A stretch of DNA of 64,000 nucleotides from UHGV virus genome UHGV-1455077. One strand, 5' to 3'. Every line of letters begins with the position of its first letter. The stretch's first letter is position 1. The notes beneath the pieces are model-generated. The model was not told where the DNA came from and did not search any database. It saw nothing but the letters and a program-made list of their open reading frames with translations. The position numbers were made by a program, and so were the translations under genes. The stretch is from a virus. Of the stretch, positions 56,896 to 64,000 are shown piece after piece.

Positions 56896-58160
56896 TATAT
56901 TTCCCCTTTTGCATAGATAAATTTAAAACTAATTAAATTTGTAAATTCAGTATCAAACAATATTTGACAAGTTTCACCTTTTAAAACAGGTATAATTGTT
57001 CTTAAATATTTGTCTGCACTTCTTGATGCATAACAATAACCATAATTTAAACCACTTCTTATAATAGCTATATCAACCCAGTTTGGCCCTTGCCCATCTA
57101 TACTGAAATAACCATTTGCTGGAGCAATATAAGTTGCTCCTGATGCTCCTAAAGTTAATGAAACATATTTACTACCTGGCATAACTTGTTGTGTAATAAA
57201 TGTAGTATCATTTTTATCAAATAATTGATATGCATTATTAAAACTAAATGTAGTAATTTTTCCAGAAGCATCAGTTAAAAATGTTCCAATTGGACATACT
57301 ACCCAATCATTTAACCATCCATTTGAAATATCATTTAAAACATATTTCCATTTATTTTCATTTGGAGAATACCAAATAGAATATGTAGATAATGTTGGTG
57401 CATTATTTTGATAATAAACTTTTGATGTTTCTAAAAACTCTAATTGTCTTTCATCATCTGAAACTCTAGCAAATAATGTATATGATGTATTTGGAGCTAA
57501 AGATATTGTCCAATAAGTTAAAGTAGGTAAAATTTTTACAATATTATTTTGACTTCCATCATCATTGTTACCATTTGGAAATATATAAGTATTTCCACCA
57601 TTTTTAATTATTGTATTTCCAATAAAACCAAATCCGTTAAATACTTGGTCAATAGATGTCCAAGATGTTGTAGTAGATGTTCCAATAGCAAATGGAAAAG
57701 AACATTCTTGCCAACCATCAGTTGTATCCAAATAACATTTTTTATCAGTTGTATTAAAATAAATTTTAAATGTTGCAGTTGATTCGGGTAATTCAGATAC
57801 AGTTTCACCTGTTAAAAATCCAGTTAATAATACATCATAATCTTTAGAAAGTGCTAACATAACTTGACCATCATAATTTGCATTTGCACTTGTAATATCT
57901 GTTGTGGTAGTTTTCATAATACCATTACCATTATAAACTTTACTACCTGCTTTAAGTGTAATTGTACCATTATTTAATTCAAGTTTAATATCTTGAGGTA
58001 TTTTTGTTAAACAGTTTGTAATTTGACCATAAGTCCAATATGGTTTAGAACCATTATTACTTAACATCATTCCTGATGTTTCATCATTCATTAATGGCAT
58101 TTGAACACCATTTAACATAATTTTTTGACTAAGTTCATTGTTACCTAAATATAATGTCAT
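56895..58160 (-). CDS. tail-fibre-like protein paralog
   Basis: ITNCLTKIPQDIKLELNNGTITLKAGSKVY...IDQVFNGFGFIGNTI. Confidence 0.5.
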   Translation of the reverse strand: MTLYLGNNELSQKIMLNGVQMPLMNDETSGMMLSNNGSKPYWTYGQITNCLTKIPQDIKLELNNGTITLKAGSKVYNGNGIMKTTTTDITSANANYDGQVMLALSKDYDVLLTGFLTGETVSELPESTATFKIYFNTTDKKCYLDTTDGWQECSFPFAIGTSTTTSWTSIDQVFNGFGFIGNTIIKNGGNTYIFPNGNNDDGSQNNIVKILPTLTYWTISLAPNTSYTLFARVSDDERQLEFLETSKVYYQNNAPTLSTYSIWYSPNENKWKYVLNDISNGWLNDWVVCPIGTFLTDASGKITTFSFNNAYQLFDKNDTTFITQQVMPGSKYVSLTLGASGATYIAPANGYFSIDGQGPNWVDIAIIRSGLNYGYCYASRSADKYLRTIIPVLKGETCQILFDTEFTNLISFKFIYAKGEI

Positions 58161-59914
58161 TATTCACCCCAATCTACTATTGTTGCCGCAATATATGTTT
58201 TTAAAATTTTGTACATTTCCATCCAGTATGTTGTATTTGTTAATTCTGTTCCCGCTGGAATATTATCTTGTAATCCTAAATAACCATATTGAGCTGTACT
58301 ATCTTCATATGTTACAAAATCACTAGCAATATATGCTTTACTTGAATCCCAATCACCTTTAGGATTAATACCTTTACCACTTGTAATATCTACTGGAGTT
58401 GGGTTTTCTAAACCACCGTCATTTGTCCAAGATAATGTATAACCATTTTCCATAGGAGTTAATTCTGGAGTAAATGTTATACCTTCTGTACCAATATTAA
58501 GATTGTAAAAATATTTTAAATCTACTAATGTTCCAGCAGTTAATCCAGAAACTAATGTAACTGTTTTTTTATCTGTTCCTAATGTATAAGCCGCAGAAGT
58601 TAATTCTGTATTACCAACATTTACAGACAATACTGATTTATCATAAATTTCGTGAGAAGCTACAAAAGTTGTTTGTCCTTCTGTGGCTGTAAATGATTCA
58701 ACAATTCTTTGTGCATAATTAGTATAGATAGAAATTGTTTCAGGATTATCTAAATTTTTATTATTTGTAAATGAAATTGTTGCTTCGTGTGCATCTTGTG
58801 TTGTATGTGGTGTATATGTAACACCATCAGAAATAACAACGTCCGTTGGATTAGGCAATCCAGCATCATTTGTCCAAGATAATGTTGTATCCAAACCAAC
58901 TTTAGTTTGAGTTGGAGTATAGGTTGCACCATCTTTTATAATAACAGTATTTGGATTTTCCAATTCTCCATCATTTGTCCAAGATAATGTTGTTTCTGTT
59001 CCTGTTTTAGATTGTGAAGGAATAAATGTAACACCATCATAGATATGAGAATCTGCTGGGTTTTCTAAACCACCGTCATTTGTCCAAGATAATGTTGTAT
59101 CTCTATCAACTTTATTAATATGAGGAGTATAAGTTGCACCTACTTGAATCTCTAAATTATTAAACCAAGATAATTGAACTCTTGTTCCTATTGGAACAGC
59201 ATTTTTTAAAACAACGGTATCTAAAGTTTCATTTAAATCCCATTCAGAATTTAAAATAACTGAATTTTCAATATTAACAGTAATTAAATCTTTTTTAAGA
59301 ACTTTTTCACCTAAAGGAAAATCAGTTGTACTTTCTAAAGTTGTTGTAAATGATTTTGAAACAATTTGAGATACGTTTGTTGGAATAATCATATTACCAT
59401 ATACAATTACTTCAATATTATTACCTGGTTCAACTGGCTCATTAAAAGTAAGAGTTTTACCATCTTCAGCTAATGTATAGTTATTTGATTGTAATAAAAG
59501 GTTATTAATATTAACTGATAAAGATTCTTTGTTAGCAACTGCATCATCTAATACAACACTTGTAATTTCATTTACAGGGTCATAGAAAAATTTAGATGAT
59601 TTAAAATAACCTGCTAATAATTGCCATTTATTAAAATCAAATGGTTCTTGAGCTGTATGTTCCATTCTACATTGAAATAAACTATTATTATATGAAACAA
59701 TATCGCCAACACGGTAAGTAATACCAGGTGTCCAAATTGTTGAAGTATTATCACCACCTGTACCACCAATATCGTGAGCAACTTCATCAGGTGTTAAATA
59801 TTGAGCAAAACCATCATTATTAATTTTTACATAAGTATTAGGATTATCCTTAAAAGGTGATTGAAATTCATCAATCATACTTGTTGTAATTTTTATATTT
59901 GGTGTTCCAACCAT
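58160..59914 (-). CDS. tail-fibre-like protein with four to five tandem ~40-aa repeats (TLSWTNDGGLENP). Start moved to MVGTPN
   Basis: RBS aaggaaaattgaaATG at 59914. Internal repeats are visible as recurring tcatttgtccaagataatgt at 58418, 58867, 58970 and 59075. Confidence 0.5.
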   Translation of the reverse strand: MVGTPNIKITTSMIDEFQSPFKDNPNTYVKINNDGFAQYLTPDEVAHDIGGTGGDNTSTIWTPGITYRVGDIVSYNNSLFQCRMEHTAQEPFDFNKWQLLAGYFKSSKFFYDPVNEITSVVLDDAVANKESLSVNINNLLLQSNNYTLAEDGKTLTFNEPVEPGNNIEVIVYGNMIIPTNVSQIVSKSFTTTLESTTDFPLGEKVLKKDLITVNIENSVILNSEWDLNETLDTVVLKNAVPIGTRVQLSWFNNLEIQVGATYTPHINKVDRDTTLSWTNDGGLENPADSHIYDGVTFIPSQSKTGTETTLSWTNDGELENPNTVIIKDGATYTPTQTKVGLDTTLSWTNDAGLPNPTDVVISDGVTYTPHTTQDAHEATISFTNNKNLDNPETISIYTNYAQRIVESFTATEGQTTFVASHEIYDKSVLSVNVGNTELTSAAYTLGTDKKTVTLVSGLTAGTLVDLKYFYNLNIGTEGITFTPELTPMENGYTLSWTNDGGLENPTPVDITSGKGINPKGDWDSSKAYIASDFVTYEDSTAQYGYLGLQDNIPAGTELTNTTYWMEMYKILKTYIAATIVDWGE

Positions 59915-59973
59915 TTCAATTTTCCTTATATATTCATATAAGATATTTATAAAAAAATTTAGGAATAAAAAAG

Positions 59974-60002
59974 TTTGTGGATATTTATTAAATATCCACA
60001 AA
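59974..60002. promoter_or_regulatory. palindrome TTTGTGGATATTTATTAAATATCCACAAA, second copy, upstream of 60023(+)
   Basis: Identical to 56128-56156, including the flanking AAAG...AAAGGG. Confidence 0.55.
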
Positions 60003-60022
60003 GGGTTATTTTGGAAATAGTT

Positions 60023-60541
60023 ATGGCTGATATTAGTAAAATTAAAATAGATAGAATTGATGGTCTTGAAGAAGAACTTCAAAAAGTATCATCACCTGGT
60101 GATTTATGTTATTCATTATGTACTTCAAAAACAGGTTGGCTTTTATGTGATGGAACAAGTTATTCAGTTTCAGATTATCCAAACTTATTTAATGTCATTG
60201 GTTATACCTTTGGTGGAAGTGGAGATAATTTTAATGTGCCTAATTACAAAGGTAAATTTCTTCAAATGATAAATGATAATCAATCTTTAGGTCAGGAAAT
60301 TGAAGCTGGTTTACCTAATATTGTAGGTAAATTTTCAGGAAGATGTATATTAAATGATTCTATACAATATTCAGGTGCCCTTTATGAAGATAATACATAT
60401 ACTACTCAATTAGCTGGTGGTACATCAGGTAATCATACTAGAGGTATTGGTTTTAATGCATCAAAATCAAATACAATTTATGGTAAGTCAAATACAGTTC
60501 AACCACCTGCTTCATTAGTTAATTACTTCATCAAATATTAA
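60023..60541 (+). CDS. phage tail collar domain protein (paralog of 37144-37677). Start moved to MADISKIKID
   Basis: WLLCDGTSYSVSDYPNLFNVIGYTFGGSGDNFNVPNYKGKF. The 26-aa block NYKGKFLQMINDNQSLGQEIEAGLPN and the C-terminus YGKSNTVQPPAS(I/L)VNYFIKY are identical or near-identical to 37144-37677. Confidence 0.7.
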   Translation: MADISKIKIDRIDGLEEELQKVSSPGDLCYSLCTSKTGWLLCDGTSYSVSDYPNLFNVIGYTFGGSGDNFNVPNYKGKFLQMINDNQSLGQEIEAGLPNIVGKFSGRCILNDSIQYSGALYEDNTYTTQLAGGTSGNHTRGIGFNASKSNTIYGKSNTVQPPASLVNYFIKY

Positions 60542-61801
60542 TTAATATCCTTCTGCTTGCCAATAACCAGCAGTAATTGTCATACCTGTTGTTGTAATAT
60601 TAGTTGCTCCAACAGTTGTTGTTAATGGTATATTTTCAAATGCAACAGGAAATACTGGATTAGCATTATTTCCCCATTGTTCTTTCCATCCGTCTGAATA
60701 AATTCTATATCCAATTGTTGTTGCTTGTTCTTTAACTACAAAATGATGCTCAAAACTTGAAGTTAAATCTCGTGTTGGAAAATAAGAACTTAATTGTGAA
60801 GATGTTGCTTTAAATCTACCAATTAATTTATATCTATTTGTTGGTTCAACATCAGAATAAATGAAATCATCATTTATAAAATCATAATATACATTATATG
60901 TTACATTAATTTTTAATGATTCTGTATTAAAGTATTCAATTTTCATATAACCATTAGAACCATTATAAGCAATAGTATTACTACCAGAAGTATTTGAATC
61001 TCCACCTTTACCATATGTTTCATAAACTGGTGTGCCACCATTTTTATAACCACCATTTGCTCCATAATTTCCTGAAACACCATCTAAATTAAATACTTCT
61101 TCTTCAATAGTAAAATTAATTACTGTTGTTAATCCACCAGTCTTTGCGGCTTCTGCTCCACTTCTCCACCAAGAATGTCCACCAAAACCACCAGGTGTTG
61201 AAATATATTGGCTATCTGATAATTTTAATATTGTTGCTCCACCTGTATCACCAGTTGCATTCATATCTAAACCATATTTTGCATTACCACCTTGACCAAC
61301 AGTTAAAGTATAAGTTCCTTCTGCTAAAAATACTTTACATTGATATGCTGAACCAGATGCACCTGCGGATGATGCAGATGAATTACTTGATTGTGTTCCT
61401 GCTCCGCCACCACCAGCACCAACAGTTGTAATAATATAAAAACCAGAAGGTAAATATTTTTGAATAGTTTGTGGTGTATCACTTTCAAATAATATTTCTC
61501 CAGCAGTTAAATCAATTTCACTTTCATCAGCAAATTTTAAGTTTTTTACTGTTGGTTTATTAAAAATATATAATTTTTCTGTTTCTTCATCATAAAATGA
61601 GCCTTCACTTATAATAAGTCTATTATCAAAATTTGATAAAGTTAAACCATTATTATATTCACGTAATGCCATATGAGAAACTAAATCATCTTGTGGAATA
61701 TAATTAATTGTTTTCTCATCTTCAAAAACTGCAATGTTATTTGCATTATTAAATGGTTTAATATTTAATTCTAAACGTGGATTTGATATTTTTACACTCA
61801 T
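60542..61801 (-). CDS. fibre protein with Gly-rich domain and conserved C-terminal YRIYSDGWKEQWG...GY module
   Basis: C-terminal module shared with 61803-62780, 62782-63975 and the family A small proteins. Start chosen at MSVKIS (RBS aaaaggctattaaaATG); the longer ORF to 61837 is possible. Confidence 0.5.
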   Translation of the reverse strand: MSVKISNPRLELNIKPFNNANNIAVFEDEKTINYIPQDDLVSHMALREYNNGLTLSNFDNRLIISEGSFYDEETEKLYIFNKPTVKNLKFADESEIDLTAGEILFESDTPQTIQKYLPSGFYIITTVGAGGGGAGTQSSNSSASSAGASGSAYQCKVFLAEGTYTLTVGQGGNAKYGLDMNATGDTGGATILKLSDSQYISTPGGFGGHSWWRSGAEAAKTGGLTTVINFTIEEEVFNLDGVSGNYGANGGYKNGGTPVYETYGKGGDSNTSGSNTIAYNGSNGYMKIEYFNTESLKINVTYNVYYDFINDDFIYSDVEPTNRYKLIGRFKATSSQLSSYFPTRDLTSSFEHHFVVKEQATTIGYRIYSDGWKEQWGNNANPVFPVAFENIPLTTTVGATNITTTGMTITAGYWQAEGY

Positions 61802-61802
61802 T

Positions 61803-62780
61803 TTAATAGCCTTTTGCAAACCAATAACCAGCGGCAATTGTCATTCCTGTACGAGTAACAGCAGAAGCCCCTCTTGAAATAGATAATGGAATTTCATTAA
61901 ATGCTACTGGAAATACAGGATTAACTAAATTACCCCATTGTTCTTTCCATCCGTCTGAATAAATTCTATATCCTGTCGTTCCTGATTGCTCTTTAATTAT
62001 ATATCTATTTTGATATGATGTTGCTAAATCTTGTGTTGGATAATAACGAACAATTGAGGTGCTATCACTTGCAGTTACAAAATAGCCTATTTCTCTAAAT
62101 ACTTCTCCATTATTTTCAAAATCAGTATCTGCACTTTGTGATAGTACATAAGGATATAATGCATTAGGTTGTAATGTTGGCATATCAATAATGAAATCTT
62201 GAGTAATTTCTAAATATTTTTTATCTAATATTTTTTTATAATGATATTCATTATTAATCGGAACATAATATAATAATTCATCACCTTCATTCATTATTGG
62301 TTTATCTGCATAACTTGTTATAATCATATCATATTCATTAATATGATTTTTAATACGGCAAAGATAATATTTTAATGTTTCTCCTGTTGATGAATCTAAT
62401 CCGCCATCACCATTTGTATTATATAAATTAGTTGTATATCTTACTTGATAATTATTAACTGTTAAATCCATCGGTTGAAATTGATATGTTACATTAATAT
62501 CCCATAATGGATAATTTGAATGAAAATGCTGTTGATTAGAATTTATTTCAAGATAGTAATCACAAACTGTATCTAAAAAGGTATGCCCTTTTGTAAGCAT
62601 TAATTGCCCATTTACCATTTTAAATGTTAATCCAGAAGAAGCATTTGAAAGATTATATTTTTCTGCAAGTTCAGTTGAAGAAATAGTATCTAATGCAGAA
62701 GCGTTTGAATTTATTACAACAAATCCATTATTATCAGGCAATGGACGTTCAAATCTATTAAATTTTATTTTATTTGTCAT
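61803..62780 (-). CDS. fibre protein paralog with the conserved C-terminal module
   Basis: ...GYRIYSDGWKEQWGNLVNPVFPVAFNEIPL...GYWFAKGY. Start chosen at MTNKIKF (RBS gaaggttgaaggatattaatATG); the alternative start is at 62795. Confidence 0.5.
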   Translation of the reverse strand: MTNKIKFNRFERPLPDNNGFVVINSNASALDTISSTELAEKYNLSNASSGLTFKMVNGQLMLTKGHTFLDTVCDYYLEINSNQQHFHSNYPLWDINVTYQFQPMDLTVNNYQVRYTTNLYNTNGDGGLDSSTGETLKYYLCRIKNHINEYDMIITSYADKPIMNEGDELLYYVPINNEYHYKKILDKKYLEITQDFIIDMPTLQPNALYPYVLSQSADTDFENNGEVFREIGYFVTASDSTSIVRYYPTQDLATSYQNRYIIKEQSGTTGYRIYSDGWKEQWGNLVNPVFPVAFNEIPLSISRGASAVTRTGMTIAAGYWFAKGY

Positions 62781-62781
62781 A

Positions 62782-63975
62782 TTAATATCCTTCAACCTTC
62801 CAATTTCTTGCTGTAATTGTCATACCTGTTGTTGTAACATTTGTAGCATCTCTTTCAACAATTTGTGGTATTCTAATAAAAGCAACAGGAAATGTTGGAT
62901 TAGCATTATTTCCCCATTGGACTTTCCATCCATCTGAATAAATTCTATATCCAATTGTTTCAAGTGATTCAGCAATAACATTACCGTGCATAAATGATTC
63001 TTCAAGAGTTAATGATGGATAAAAATATTCAGTTTCATTTAAAATATTTGTGTTATAAAAACCTATTTTAGCATATTCAGTATATCCATCAGGCAAAGTT
63101 GGAATGTTATCAATTGAAGTTAATATTTTTCCTTCTTTATTTTCTCCACCTATTGCAAAAATATTATATGATTGATTAGGTATTCTAAAATCGTGATAAT
63201 ATGCAACAATTATAAATCTTCCTATTGATACATATCCTTCTGCGTGTGTTGAAGCATAATTAACATATCTAAAATAACTATATTCTTTTAAAGTTTCTTT
63301 TGCTTGATATTCATTAATAGCATTTTCCACAGTATTTGGAATAATATCTTTATTATTAACAGAAACCAATATGTCCCAATTAACTCCATCTTGAGAAGCT
63401 AAAATATCAAAAACTGTTCCACTTGTTGTTGCATCAGCTTGTCTATTTTGAATAACAAATTTTTCAACTCTTATTGGAAATATTGTTTTATATTGTAGCC
63501 AATGTGGATATTCCGTAGAATTATTTTTTGAATGCCAGCAATCAGTATTAGAACTATTTGTTCCATTAAATGCTTTCCAAGGATAATAATTATTATCATA
63601 AAAACTACTTGCTGTAACTTCTCCATAAGGTGTTGTATAATTTGTCATTATTGGTTGATTCCATAATCTTTCAACTATTTTATCACCTATTTCATTATCA
63701 TTAACCCCTTTTGAAGTGTCAAATGTTCCGCCATTAAAACGAATTATTTTATTATTTTGACTTAAAACTGAACCGCCAGAAACATTAATTGAAGTTCCTG
63801 TCATAGAATTTATTTTAAATGAATTCACAGTATTATCTAAACCAATACCATTTGCTAAATCATCTTTATTAACATAAATTGTTTGATTATTATTACGCAA
63901 AATAAGTTTACCAGTATTATTACTTAATTCTGGTATTTTCTCATTTAATCTTGTAATTTTAATTTTATCAACCAT
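62782..63975 (-). CDS. fibre protein with galactose-binding-like (discoidin-type) domain plus the conserved C-terminal module
   Basis: CWHS...PHWLQYKTIFPIRVEKFVIQNR...FDILASQDGVNW, then GYRIYSDGWKVQWG...NWKVEGY. Confidence 0.5.
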   Translation of the reverse strand: MVDKIKITRLNEKIPELSNNTGKLILRNNNQTIYVNKDDLANGIGLDNTVNSFKINSMTGTSINVSGGSVLSQNNKIIRFNGGTFDTSKGVNDNEIGDKIVERLWNQPIMTNYTTPYGEVTASSFYDNNYYPWKAFNGTNSSNTDCWHSKNNSTEYPHWLQYKTIFPIRVEKFVIQNRQADATTSGTVFDILASQDGVNWDILVSVNNKDIIPNTVENAINEYQAKETLKEYSYFRYVNYASTHAEGYVSIGRFIIVAYYHDFRIPNQSYNIFAIGGENKEGKILTSIDNIPTLPDGYTEYAKIGFYNTNILNETEYFYPSLTLEESFMHGNVIAESLETIGYRIYSDGWKVQWGNNANPTFPVAFIRIPQIVERDATNVTTTGMTITARNWKVEGY

Positions 63976-64000
63976 TTATTACCTTAATTTTTGCTAAATT

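Noticed and set aside
1-64000. CRISPR array, integrase/attachment sites, rRNA
   Set aside because: No spacer-repeat periodicity, no tyrosine or serine recombinase motifs, and no rRNA-like conserved segments were seen anywhere in the window.

Overview
The window looks like a slice of a large, very AT-rich, virulent-type bacteriophage genome. Bacterial-style signals are throughout: sigma70-like TTGACA-N16/17-TATAAT promoters, GGAGG-type ribosome-binding sites, rho-independent terminators, and tRNAs with encoded CCA.

Layout:
- 1-10.8 kb: early/middle-type small genes, including an SPFH/band-7 protein with atypically GC-rich composition, a dUTPase, a chitin-binding-like repeat protein and a 912-aa putative Ig-repeat structural protein.
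- 10.8-23.6 kb: a tRNA island with at least 19 canonical tRNAs plus further tRNA-like, fragmentary or rearranged elements. It also carries several strong promoters driving short non-coding stretches, an HNH endonuclease, a GIY-YIG endonuclease, a frameshifted endonuclease pseudogene, a 25-nt motif repeated seven times, and two units arranged like circularly permuted tRNA genes.
- 23.6-36.7 kb: small hypothetical genes, including a Ro60/TROVE-vWA-like protein next to a 350-nt non-coding region, two further tRNAs (His, Leu-like), a GatB/YqeY-domain protein and membrane proteins.
- 36.7-46.8 kb: a tail-fibre module with tail-collar-domain proteins, three large paralogous receptor-binding proteins with discoidin-like domains, and a small paralogous fibre-associated protein family.
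- 46.9-54.0 kb: the most unusual feature, a tandem array of six paralogous radical-SAM enzymes (CxxxCxxC near the N-terminus, a GGE motif, and a C-terminal CGH...CxxCD cysteine motif). They are interleaved with a PLP-fold-like protein lacking an obvious catalytic lysine. Immediately upstream are two paralogous small proteins, one with a Ser/Cys-repeat C-terminal tail.
- 54.7-64 kb: a second, minus-strand tail-fibre block. Its small-fibre and collar genes sit behind palindromes built on a TATTTAWTAAATA core.

No CRISPR array, rRNA or integrase is evident.
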